Below are positions 29,327-38,377 of a stretch of DNA of 64,000 nucleotides, piece by piece. The notes under the pieces are model-generated. The model did no database searches. It was not told where the DNA came from and worked only from the letters and a program-made list of their open reading frames with translations. The position numbers and the translations under genes were made by a program. The DNA is taken from the IMG/VR virus record IMGVR_UViG_3300021977_000001; one strand, written 5' to 3'. How positions within the stretch are numbered: the first letter of the stretch is position 1; each line of letters starts with the position of its first letter. This DNA is from a virus.

Positions 29327-31369
29327 ATGACAATTACGAGCGCAGCTCCATTTGCTAATTTGCGCGGCATTAATGACCAGTCTCGTGGTCAATTAGAGCC
29401 GGTTGCAGAAGCATTGCCGATGCACTTACCGATGGTCCATCTTTTGTGTGAACGTGGTCCCACCACCCCTGTACTTGGCATAGGCACTGCCCTTACTAGT
29501 ACGTTTGGTGAGAAGACGTTTGATTACACAGAAGCGTATGCTAACCAGGCAACTGTAATGGCTAACACCATTATGGGTCAGGGTAACAGCATCATGGTTC
29601 AACGTGTAGTTGCTGATGACGCGAAACAAGCACGCCTACGTCTTTGCGTAGAAGTAGTTCAAGCAGAAGTTCCTCAGTACCAAGTAACTGATGACGGTGC
29701 TTTTGTTTTTGATGACGAAGGGCAGAAGATCCCAACAGGCGACGTGATCTCAGGTCACAAGCTACGTTGGTTTACTGAAGAGATGGCTGAAGGTGAGCTT
29801 CTAGGTCAAGCGTCACAACGCGCTGGTGATCTTGCTGGTGTACCTGAAGCAGTATCTACGGTTTATCCAGTAATGGAAATCCCGGCACATCACGTAGGTA
29901 AGTACGGTAACAACCTTGGTTTCCGTCTCTATGCTCCTACTACTAGCTCTTCAGTAGAAGTTGATGGTGACATCATCGATGACCAAGACGCATACTTGTA
30001 TCGTCTACAGATCGTTGAGCGTGCAAGCGCAACATCATCTCCAGTAGTACAGCAAACGTTGACCAGTGGTCAGTTTGTTGAGTTCTCTTTGAAAGATGGC
30101 GTGATTAATCCTAAATTGGACACGCAGCTTTCTTTTGATCGTGTTGTTGATCAGGCTTATACCGACATGGATACTAGCAATGGTTTCCCTGCTGTGTATG
30201 GTCCGTTTGGCCAAATCGAAGTGTACAAGAACAACATTCAAAACGTACTTGATTTACTTTGGTCTGCTGAAGAATCTTTCGTTACATCTGGCGAAGACGC
30301 ACACCGTCTTAACTTCATGTCTGGTGTTGATTATGATAATGCCGCTTATAAGACGTTTGAAGTGGTAGGTCCTGCTGAAGGTGGTATTTTGCTATCTGAA
30401 ACCGCTACGCATTACCTTAAAGGTGGTGATGACGGTGATCTTAGCTGGGCTACGTTCGACCGCCTAGTAGGTGAAGATGTTGCTAACTTTGAAAACAGTG
30501 AACATAACCTGATGGATGATGCAACTTATCCTATCAGTGCTTACTGGGATCCAGGTTATAGCCTAGACACCAAGCGTAAGCTACTTACGCCAATTGGTCT
30601 TCGTAAAGACATCTATGTAGTGCTATCTACACAAGACGTTAGTGAAGATCAGAACACTGTTGCTGAAGATTCATCTATTGGTGTAGCGCTTCGTACAGCA
30701 GCACGTCTGTATCCTGAATCAGCTTTCTACGGCACGGCAACTTGTCGTTGTATCGTTGTTGAGCAAGCAGGTACATTAAACGGCGGTAACTTTAACGGCC
30801 TTGTACCGCAGACAGTTGACCTTGCACAGAAAGTTGCTACTTTCATGGGTGCGGCGTCAGGCGTTGCGACCGCAGGTCGTGGTTTTGATCAGTCACCGAC
30901 TAATCAGATCTCTCTACTACGTGGTCTTAACAACACGTATAAGACTGCACGCGTGCGCAATGCAGATTGGAATAACGGCATGGTTTGGTCACAAGCCTAC
31001 GATCGTCGTTCATTCTTCTACCCTGCAATTCAAACCGTCTACGATGATGATACATCGGTACTTAACTCGGCGATTAACATGATGTTCTTCACTGAGCTTG
31101 AGAAAGTGTGTCAACGCGTATGGCGTGATCTATCTGGTAACTCTAAGTTGACTAACGCACAGTTCATTGAACGTTCTAACGCGTTAATCGCTCAGCGTAC
31201 CGTAGGTCGTTTTGACGGGCGTTTAACGGTAGTGCCAGAAACCTTCTTAACGGAAGATGACACTAACCGTGGTTATAGCTGGAGCTGTAACATCAACGCC
31301 TATGGTAATAACATGAAGACTGTAGGTACCTTTACGGTAAATGCATTCAGAAGTGAGGACCTAGTATAA
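29327..31369 (+). CDS. Tail sheath protein (phiKZ gp29-like)
   Basis: 680 aa: GINDQS...LPMHLP, YLKGGDDG, WDPGYSLDTK, and a C-terminal sheath domain YSWSCNINAYGNNMKTV. Confidence 0.9.
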   Translation: MTITSAAPFANLRGINDQSRGQLEPVAEALPMHLPMVHLLCERGPTTPVLGIGTALTSTFGEKTFDYTEAYANQATVMANTIMGQGNSIMVQRVVADDAKQARLRLCVEVVQAEVPQYQVTDDGAFVFDDEGQKIPTGDVISGHKLRWFTEEMAEGELLGQASQRAGDLAGVPEAVSTVYPVMEIPAHHVGKYGNNLGFRLYAPTTSSSVEVDGDIIDDQDAYLYRLQIVERASATSSPVVQQTLTSGQFVEFSLKDGVINPKLDTQLSFDRVVDQAYTDMDTSNGFPAVYGPFGQIEVYKNNIQNVLDLLWSAEESFVTSGEDAHRLNFMSGVDYDNAAYKTFEVVGPAEGGILLSETATHYLKGGDDGDLSWATFDRLVGEDVANFENSEHNLMDDATYPISAYWDPGYSLDTKRKLLTPIGLRKDIYVVLSTQDVSEDQNTVAEDSSIGVALRTAARLYPESAFYGTATCRCIVVEQAGTLNGGNFNGLVPQTVDLAQKVATFMGAASGVATAGRGFDQSPTNQISLLRGLNNTYKTARVRNADWNNGMVWSQAYDRRSFFYPAIQTVYDDDTSVLNSAINMMFFTELEKVCQRVWRDLSGNSKLTNAQFIERSNALIAQRTVGRFDGRLTVVPETFLTEDDTNRGYSWSCNINAYGNNMKTVGTFTVNAFRSEDLV

Positions 31370-32229
31370 TGGCTCGTGTAACTGAAGCAGTACTAAAGGC
31401 AGGGGTTGGCCATCTAGCGACCTCATCTGACACTGGTGTGGATTTAACTAAGAATGGTCAAAATGGCTTCTTAGTAGATTACAACAGCGTTCACTCTAAT
31501 GCCGCTTACGTGAAACGTAACATTATCCCGGTACTACTTGAAGCCCCTCGTGGCTTCAGTGATCTACCTGATAGTGAAGTGTGGATCGCAACGCTTAAGA
31601 ACCTGGTTGAACTTCATGCGCAGACTATTGAAGGTCTGACTTCAACCCTTACCGCTGAATACGTTGAAAACGCAGTTGGTGGTGGCGGTGAGATGCAAGA
31701 AGACATCGCTAACGTTACACGTGAACGTTCAGTGCCAGTATTTGGTTTCCCTGAGAAGTATGGTCGTGTGATCAACAAGTTCTTCGACGGATGGATCCTT
31801 AACTTGTTAATGGACCCAGAAACTAAAGTACCACGCGTTGTTAACCTAGCGGATAACGTTCCTGCGGATCTTCTGCCTGACTACGTCAGCATGACCATGA
31901 TCTTCATCGAACCTGATCCAACACATGCGCGTGTAAACAACGCATGGTTAGTAACCAACATGATGCCTAAGACTGGCGGTGAAAACATTGGTCGTCGTGA
32001 TCTAACTGCTCCTGGTGAGTCAGTACTTCACTCGATCGAATTCACTGGCCTAACTCAGGTTGGTACTACGGTTGATGCAGTGGCACAGTCTATCTTAGAC
32101 ACCATGTCACTATCTGGCGTTAACCCGAACAACCGTGCGGCGTTTGTTGAGAAACTAACAGCTGATCTTGAAGCGGTGGACAATGGCTTTGCTGAATTAG
32201 TAGAGCGCGCGTCTACACCTGCTGCATAA
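31369..32229 (+). CDS. Tail tube protein (phiKZ gp30-like)
   Basis: 286 aa overlapping the sheath stop; YVKRNIIPVLLEAPRGF, EKYGRVINKF, EPDPT motifs. Confidence 0.88.
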   Translation: MARVTEAVLKAGVGHLATSSDTGVDLTKNGQNGFLVDYNSVHSNAAYVKRNIIPVLLEAPRGFSDLPDSEVWIATLKNLVELHAQTIEGLTSTLTAEYVENAVGGGGEMQEDIANVTRERSVPVFGFPEKYGRVINKFFDGWILNLLMDPETKVPRVVNLADNVPADLLPDYVSMTMIFIEPDPTHARVNNAWLVTNMMPKTGGENIGRRDLTAPGESVLHSIEFTGLTQVGTTVDAVAQSILDTMSLSGVNPNNRAAFVEKLTADLEAVDNGFAELVERASTPAA

Positions 32230-32240
32230 CAAAAAAGAAA

Positions 32241-32286
32241 CAGCATAAGTAAAAGAGCACGAGGAAACTCGTGCTCTTCTATGCCG
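32241..32286. terminator. Bidirectional terminator (GAAA loop) with CAGCATA / TATGCCG flanks
   Basis: AAGAGCACGAG-gaaa-CTCGTGCTCTT-CTATGCCG. Confidence 0.8.
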
Positions 32287-32892
32287 TCATGGTTGAATAG
32301 GGGTAAATACAAGATGAGTGATGACTCGGTTAACGAAATCCACAGGGTCTATATCTAACAATCCTATTTGATATAATGCAGCTTCAGCTATAGCTGGTGA
32401 GGTTAATATTAGATCAGAATCCACTATCATCTTGTTCATCTCCATATATATCCCCATAATACGCTCTGTGAGCTCCTGTATGTTGATTTTAGGCATGAGG
32501 TTATGAAGTAGATCAGTTTGTTCGTATATGAGCTCTGAGACGTCTACAGACTGCAATTCGCTTAGATACAATAGAGTAGAGTCTATTAACGTTTCACGAC
32601 TATCTATAGTGTCCAATAAAGTAAAACGACGTGAGGTCTCTAGCCAGCTTAATTTAAGATGGGTAGGTAGTGCAATAAAGTCTTCTGGCGCAGCATTGGC
32701 TAATGTACTTCTAAGGGCAATGATAAGTTCTTCTGATAATGTATTTACATATACAGGCGTGTCGCTTACATCACTACAAGGTATCCCTAGTGTTTGTACG
32801 CGTTCTAAATTCACCCACCTTTGATGTTTAAGCGGGATGTATGTTTTAAAGGCTGGTAGATGTTCCGCTAGTGTAAGTAGAGGGGTGGTCAT
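32287..32892 (-). CDS. Hypothetical protein
   Basis: 201-aa ORF with RBS AAGGA. Confidence 0.7.
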   Translation of the reverse strand: MTTPLLTLAEHLPAFKTYIPLKHQRWVNLERVQTLGIPCSDVSDTPVYVNTLSEELIIALRSTLANAAPEDFIALPTHLKLSWLETSRRFTLLDTIDSRETLIDSTLLYLSELQSVDVSELIYEQTDLLHNLMPKINIQELTERIMGIYMEMNKMIVDSDLILTSPAIAEAALYQIGLLDIDPVDFVNRVITHLVFTPIQP

Positions 32893-32963
32893 AGGACGTT
32901 CCTTATAGTAGGGATACGGTCATAACGCAGAAGGTTTTACCCTTCTGCGCGATGATAAAGCTA

Positions 32964-33272
32964 TTACGCTTCTTTGGCTTGGAGGGTTGCGAATTGCTGC
33001 AACGCTTCGTTTTGATATTGGACTGTTAACTGACGAAAAGTTACAGGATCCCATTTATCATCTTCATCCATGAGGCGGTTGGCAGTAGCCATTACCGTTG
33101 TAACGTAATGTTTAAAACGGCTAGCTAGCTGTTGATCTGTTTCAGTTTGGAAACCGGCATTATCAGCAGCGGTGGTAACAAATGCTTTCTCTTTGTCTAA
33201 CTGCTCTTTAGGCAATGGGATCTTGCCTAGAAAACTGTTAGCCACGGTGAGGAAGTTATCTTTTCTTGACAT
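32964..33272 (-). CDS. Hypothetical protein
   Basis: 102-aa ORF with strong RBS AAGGAG. Confidence 0.7.
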   Translation of the reverse strand: MSRKDNFLTVANSFLGKIPLPKEQLDKEKAFVTTAADNAGFQTETDQQLASRFKHYVTTVMATANRLMDEDDKWDPVTFRQLTVQYQNEALQQFATLQAKEA

Positions 33273-33319
33273 TAGTAATGCTCCTTAATTAAGCGCGTGA
33301 TACAAGCTTGTCATAGTTA

Positions 33320-33754
33320 TTACGCGCTAGATGAAAGGTTATCTAATGCCTGTAAGGTTTGGTGGTATAACTCAGCTACACGGTCTGTGTCGAAGAAGTA
33401 CGCTTCGTTTAAGAAGAGATAAGCGGCATGATCGTTGATTATGTTGTCAATCAGATTGTTTATCATGGTTGTCTCATCCCAGCCCGAGTACTGGTTTCGG
33501 TATATCCAGTAATGAACATAAGCATACTGGTCGAATGTGCAACTCGCTGCTTGTGTACTTACTGCATTGTAAAGTGCGCGTGCGCGCATGTGATCTTGAC
33601 TAGTGATCCTTTCACCAATCGCCAAACACTGTTGATTGAACATGGACGCCAACGCATGGGTGTCGCTGTTTAATGCAGCGTGAATGAATGGCGAGCTGAT
33701 CACCAGACGTAACTTTTCAGTATGCATGATACGTCTCCTCGTAGTTAGATTCAT
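33320..33754 (-). CDS. Hypothetical protein
   Basis: Helical ORF; the true start may be 33727 (RBS GAGGAG). Confidence 0.65.
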   Translation of the reverse strand: MNLTTRRRIMHTEKLRLVISSPFIHAALNSDTHALASMFNQQCLAIGERITSQDHMRARALYNAVSTQAASCTFDQYAYVHYWIYRNQYSGWDETTMINNLIDNIINDHAAYLFLNEAYFFDTDRVAELYHQTLQALDNLSSSA

Positions 33755-33825
33755 AACACCTGAATATGAATATAGCCCTCCTTAGCAGGGTTCATAAGAT
33801 CTACTATTACATGTAAAAAAAGAAT

Positions 33826-33863
33826 ACGGCATAGATGGTAGAGACCTTATAGTCTCTACCATC
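33826..33863 (-). terminator. Terminator (hairpin + TATGCCG)
   Basis: GATGGTAGAGAC-loop-GTCTCTACCATC, then on the minus strand TATGCCGTATTCTTTTTTT. Confidence 0.8.
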
Positions 33864-33886
33864 CTTGGCTTACGTATAGGCTTTCC

Positions 33887-34438
33887 CTACTTAGACAATA
33901 GCTGCTTAGCTAGTGCTGCCGCGTGCGTACGTACCGCTGTTACGTGGCTAGACGAGCTCTTACCGTAGCTCGATGTTGCTTTAAGGTCTACGTGACCTGG
34001 ACGTGCTTCAGTAACACGCTGTCCATCTTTCGGATAGCTGATATCTTTAGAGCGATGCACGGTAGCTTCTAGTTTAGTATACTTACCTACAGGCATGGTG
34101 CCGGTTACTGTTGCAATCTCGCTATCTTGCACCATCGCATCAATACCTACTTCTGATACACTTTGTGCAAGTGCAGTTGCGCACTTCTTATGGAACTCGC
34201 CAACTTTATCAACAGTTGCCATATCTAGGCCTTCAGGTAATAAACCTTCTGCTAGGCTCTTAGGTTGGTTGTATGTGATAACACCATTAGATACAGATTC
34301 AACCTGACCGGTGATTACGTTAGCGGCTTCAATCTTAGGTGCATCAACACCGATTGTTGATACCTTGTCTAGTGCTTCGGTGGTTTTCTTAGACAGAACG
34401 AATTGTTGGAATGGGCTATTCTTTTGGGCTTCAGCCAT
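33887..34438 (-). CDS. Early, probably abundant protein of unknown function
   Basis: 183 aa with its own early promoter (34537) and terminator (33826). Confidence 0.75.
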   Translation of the reverse strand: MAEAQKNSPFQQFVLSKKTTEALDKVSTIGVDAPKIEAANVITGQVESVSNGVITYNQPKSLAEGLLPEGLDMATVDKVGEFHKKCATALAQSVSEVGIDAMVQDSEIATVTGTMPVGKYTKLEATVHRSKDISYPKDGQRVTEARPGHVDLKATSSYGKSSSSHVTAVRTHAAALAKQLLSK

Positions 34439-34536
34439 TGGAGATCTTCCTATTTGTTAATTGATTGATCGGATCAATGTTTTAATTAAAAGTACTTTAT
34501 TACACATAGGCGATGATTCACTCTACGCTCACAATA

Positions 34537-34544
34537 GTAATATA
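34537..34544 (-). promoter_or_regulatory. Early promoter TATATTAC
   Basis: Minus strand AAAAACACACCTATATTAC. Confidence 0.75.
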
Positions 34545-34567
34545 GGTGTGTTTTTTAATACAGTCGT

Positions 34568-35083
34568 TTATTCATCCATAGGCCATGTGGGGACATGCCA
34601 TGCCTCTATGCCTGTATTAGACATGAGGTCGTTATTGATGATGTCAAAGCGTGTTATTGCGATGTCATCTTGTTCTATGTTAGAACTTTCTGTTAATAAT
34701 TCTAACATAGCGATTATTCCAGCTACGTACGCATTATAGCAGTCTAACGTCGCCTTCCCTTTAGGTAGGGGTGGTGTAACATCTTTAGCGAGAAACGTTT
34801 TAAAGGTATCACCTAACTTACCTTTGATGGGCGGATGAGCTGTACGATTTAACTGTCTGGAGTAACGACGAAGATGCACTTGGATGTCTGCAAGGGCTTT
34901 AACATTCTGCTCTAGCGACGCATCGTCGTTACCGCCATCTACGGCGCTATTTTTAAATAGCAACCCACCGACGTAAAAGAACGTCTTAACCAAACTCCGT
35001 TGAGAGGGTGAGATGTTCATGTACTCTGGATAGACTTTCATGAAGAATGTATCAAATGTTTCTTTAAAGGGCTGTGGATGCAT
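34568..35083 (-). CDS. Hypothetical early protein
   Basis: 171 aa downstream of the TATATTAC at 35148. Confidence 0.7.
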   Translation of the reverse strand: MHPQPFKETFDTFFMKVYPEYMNISPSQRSLVKTFFYVGGLLFKNSAVDGGNDDASLEQNVKALADIQVHLRRYSRQLNRTAHPPIKGKLGDTFKTFLAKDVTPPLPKGKATLDCYNAYVAGIIAMLELLTESSNIEQDDIAITRFDIINNDLMSNTGIEAWHVPTWPMDE

Positions 35084-35147
35084 TAATGTTTATCCTTGTT
35101 GTTTTGTGTAAATAGTTAACTAACGTCCCGCAGGATTGCACATAAGT

Positions 35148-35155
35148 GTAATATA
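35148..35155 (-). promoter_or_regulatory. Early promoter TATATTAC
   Basis: Minus strand AAATACACCCCTATATTAC. Confidence 0.75.
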
Positions 35156-35173
35156 GGGGTGTATTTAATTCCA

Positions 35174-35205
35174 ACGGCATAAAGCCTTACCCGAAGGCAA
35201 GGCTT
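35174..35205 (-). terminator. Terminator after prohead protease (hairpin + TATGCCG)
   Basis: Minus strand AAGCCTTGCC-TTCG-GGTAAGGCTT-TATGCCGT. Confidence 0.8.
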
Positions 35206-35213
35206 CGTTTAAC

Positions 35214-35972
35214 CTACCAGCCTTTAGATGCAAAGCTTAGATCCTGCACCTTAGACCATCCTAGCTCAGTACGTACCATAGTTGAACTAATTGCGTTCTC
35301 CATAGATACACCTGCACTATGCTGATGACGTTCAGCCACGTCTAACATAGAAGGTACAATTTCAATATCTTCACTAATACCTTCAAGTGCTGGTGCTTGG
35401 TATTTATTTGCTACCGAGATACCTGGCTCGTTAACATAATCCCAACAGACTAACACTTTCATGTGCTTGTGCAGCTTACCGGCAACCATACGGTCGTTAG
35501 TCAATGAACGAACAGAAAAAGCAACGTTCTCTTCAGTGTTGTTTAACTGTTCTTCTAATGCTGGGCCGTGTGGTCCGCATGGTTTCACTTTACCCATCAC
35601 TGCAATAACCGGCTTACCGTGCTCATCTTTAACGTTATCTTTATCAATCCAGACTTCTTTAAAATGTACACAGATTGCTGACTCTTCAATACGTAGAATG
35701 CGTTCTAGGTACTGTTGATTGGACATGCCTGGCAAAGGCTTAGGGTGCCCATACTCGCCACGACATTGCCCATTGGCTATGCGGCGCATTAAGCTACTTG
35801 AGCTTTTAAATAAAGCCTGAGCAGATTCAAACGGATAAACAGCTCCTGCAGAATTATCAAAATCATAAGCACCTAAGACCATCTCACGATAACCATGCTC
35901 GTCCGCTTTTAACTTACCTGCTTTATTCGTACCTGCCAAGGCCGTACAGCTATACTTTGCAATGTTTGACAT
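35214..35972 (-). CDS. Prohead protease (phiKZ gp175-like)
   Basis: GEYGHP (His), AFSVRS (Ser), WDYVNEPGI; C-terminal self-cleavage-type sites ALE and SME. Confidence 0.9.
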   Translation of the reverse strand: MSNIAKYSCTALAGTNKAGKLKADEHGYREMVLGAYDFDNSAGAVYPFESAQALFKSSSSLMRRIANGQCRGEYGHPKPLPGMSNQQYLERILRIEESAICVHFKEVWIDKDNVKDEHGKPVIAVMGKVKPCGPHGPALEEQLNNTEENVAFSVRSLTNDRMVAGKLHKHMKVLVCWDYVNEPGISVANKYQAPALEGISEDIEIVPSMLDVAERHQHSAGVSMENAISSTMVRTELGWSKVQDLSFASKGW

Positions 35973-35973
35973 C

Positions 35974-36696
35974 TTATCTCCTTAACAGGTCTTCAACCCG
36001 TTCTAGACGCTCTGCAGGATCAACCAAAGCAGAATTAATCCCTTCATCTAAATAAGCGCCCATTAATTTCGCAGTGGTGTTAGATGCACCATCCTGCACG
36101 CTTCGCAGTGCTATTATCTCAGGCGGCTTATCTTCTAACTGTTTAGTATCTTTAAACTGATGACGATAAAAGACCGTACGGTCACGCGGTGATCTTGCGC
36201 GTGCGGCAGTAATCATCTCTAAGATAGCATGATTGGTATTTAAGTTAGCACCACCGTGATATAACGCAGTATCAAACAACTGTCCTAAATCACGATAGCC
36301 TAGATACCATGGCGTGTTGCCCTTTGCTACTATTTCATCAAAGATCTGATAAACCAAAGTACCTTCTTTAACCAAGTTAACGTTAGGCATAAACGTATCG
36401 CCTGGTTGAAACTCTAATGAGTAATATTCAACATCATCAACAATGATTGTATTGATATTAGAAGGCGTTAATACCATCATCGCATTAACTAGGGATACGC
36501 CATAGTACCTATCATCGACAACGATACCAAATATACCCACAATGGATACAGTAGATCCAACATTAGCAAGTTCTTTAACCGCATAGCGTTTTGGAATATG
36601 CACCGCCAAGGGCGAGACAACCTTAAGGCTGTCTTTTACCCGACGTAAAGCCTGTTGGACGCGTTTAGCATCCCGTTGATACTTAGACGCTTCCAT
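35974..36696 (-). CDS. Probable virion RNAP beta' C-terminal subunit (phiKZ gp176-like)
   Basis: 240 aa next to the protease. The C-terminal ASNTTAKLMGAYLDEGI resembles the beta' terminal region. Mostly synteny-based. Confidence 0.6.
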   Translation of the reverse strand: MEASKYQRDAKRVQQALRRVKDSLKVVSPLAVHIPKRYAVKELANVGSTVSIVGIFGIVVDDRYYGVSLVNAMMVLTPSNINTIIVDDVEYYSLEFQPGDTFMPNVNLVKEGTLVYQIFDEIVAKGNTPWYLGYRDLGQLFDTALYHGGANLNTNHAILEMITAARARSPRDRTVFYRHQFKDTKQLEDKPPEIIALRSVQDGASNTTAKLMGAYLDEGINSALVDPAERLERVEDLLRR

Positions 36697-36705
36697 ACAA
36701 GCTCC

Positions 36706-38136
36706 TTAGCGTGCGTTACGTGTGACATCGATCTGAGAAGCAGCCCATTCACATACTAGATCAATAGTAGCCAACGTTGCTGCCTCACGAGGTGATAAAG
36801 ATGGATTGTTCTGCGCATGGGCATCAATATCGCTTAAGATACGCAATGCTTGGGTGTGTGGGAAGAATACTTTACACACAACCGTACGCACGTATTGATA
36901 CGTTGTTAACGAGGCACTGATTGGCGTCGCCGCTACCACGTCTAACGCACGAGCACGTAACGTGTCTTTTGGATCAATGACAATTGATTTATCATCTTCA
37001 TCCACTGCGCTGATATAAGCAAGTAGCTGTTTACGCATACCGACCGCCATAGCGCTATTACGTTTAGCGGTATTTTGCGCTTTATGTAAACGCTCAGCAC
37101 GATCATACATGCGTTGGAACGTTTCAGCTTCGCTGTTAAGTGTATTAGGTGACGGCATGCGCTCGCCTGCAAGACATGCACCCATCAACCACTCAGGTTT
37201 GCCGCCATCTTTTAAATACTGATTATAAACTTCACCTACTACTAGAATAGGCTTTTCAGTATTGCTTGCTTGAGGCATGTCTAGAATCAAACGCTGCTGA
37301 CGTACAAACGCTTCACGCTGAGCAATAACACGGTATACGCGTCGACCCGCCTGAGATAAATGCATCGATACTGCTTCTTTAAACTCAGGTAGTGAAACGC
37401 TCACGCCTTCAGGCGTATCTTCGTAGAAACGTTTAGCAATGAAAAAGCTCAGGATAGCGCTGGCTCTATCTAAGCGGGCTTTTGCTTGCTCATCTAGACC
37501 AACACGTGAAGGTGCTAGTTGGGCACGGAACGTACCTTGATAGAGTTCAAATAAGAACTCAGGTGCGAGATCCGTAAGTAACGTATCAATGTCATTATCG
37601 ATACGTGTAATGCCTGTTTTAATAAGCTCACGTAACTGACCGCCATCGTAGTCTGGGAAGATAGCAGAAGACATAGGCGGTGTTGCCACTGCTGTTTCTG
37701 CATACTTCTCAACTAATGCAATAATGGAGGCATTAGAAAATGCATCTTCAAGGAACACCGGCAGAATCTCATGACGATGACCGTGGTTAAGTTCTTCATC
37801 TAAATACGCATCAAGCATTTCAACTTGATCTAAGATGATAGGTCTAACCACGTTACGCGTTACATTAAGCATTCCTGATACCGTGTCTGCTGCTAACGCT
37901 ACGATCTCTTCCATGGCTAGATCATGCGGTATAGTACCGCCTGCGTCTTTAAGCATGGAGTTAGCACTAATGGTCTCAGATAGCGACATGCTATCGTCAC
38001 TAGGTGAAACTAATGACGTTCCAGCTTGAATAAGTTCAACAAGCGGAGTAGCGGGTTTAGGGGTGAATGTCACGTTTGCATCGGCATTTAACGTGGCGGT
38101 AGTAATACTGGCATCAAGCACATGACGGTGTAACAT
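36706..38136 (-). CDS. Virion head protein (phiKZ gp177-like)
   Basis: 476 aa helical protein in the conserved protease-to-vRNAP block. Confidence 0.5.
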   Translation of the reverse strand: MLHRHVLDASITTATLNADANVTFTPKPATPLVELIQAGTSLVSPSDDSMSLSETISANSMLKDAGGTIPHDLAMEEIVALAADTVSGMLNVTRNVVRPIILDQVEMLDAYLDEELNHGHRHEILPVFLEDAFSNASIIALVEKYAETAVATPPMSSAIFPDYDGGQLRELIKTGITRIDNDIDTLLTDLAPEFLFELYQGTFRAQLAPSRVGLDEQAKARLDRASAILSFFIAKRFYEDTPEGVSVSLPEFKEAVSMHLSQAGRRVYRVIAQREAFVRQQRLILDMPQASNTEKPILVVGEVYNQYLKDGGKPEWLMGACLAGERMPSPNTLNSEAETFQRMYDRAERLHKAQNTAKRNSAMAVGMRKQLLAYISAVDEDDKSIVIDPKDTLRARALDVVAATPISASLTTYQYVRTVVCKVFFPHTQALRILSDIDAHAQNNPSLSPREAATLATIDLVCEWAASQIDVTRNAR

Positions 38137-38330
38137 TACACGGCTCCCTTCTTAGACAATTGGCTATTAATACTAGCAACGCACGTATCTGCTAGCATAA
38201 CAGAGAGAGGTTGCTTTTCTACGGTATCGGCAATCTCGTTACCTGCTACCTCTTTAATGACGTTCACGGCTAACTGAACAGCGCTACCTAGCACTACTGT
38301 GTTATCGTGAAGTTTATCGGTTATTTTCAT
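38136..38330 (-). CDS. Small conserved hypothetical protein
   Basis: 64 aa; its stop overlaps the next start. Confidence 0.6.
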   Translation of the reverse strand: MKITDKLHDNTVVLGSAVQLAVNVIKEVAGNEIADTVEKQPLSVMLADTCVASINSQLSKKGAV

Positions 38331-38377
38331 GTTACACCTAATTCATGTTATTAATACGTGAGATCTACAAGGGAGGA

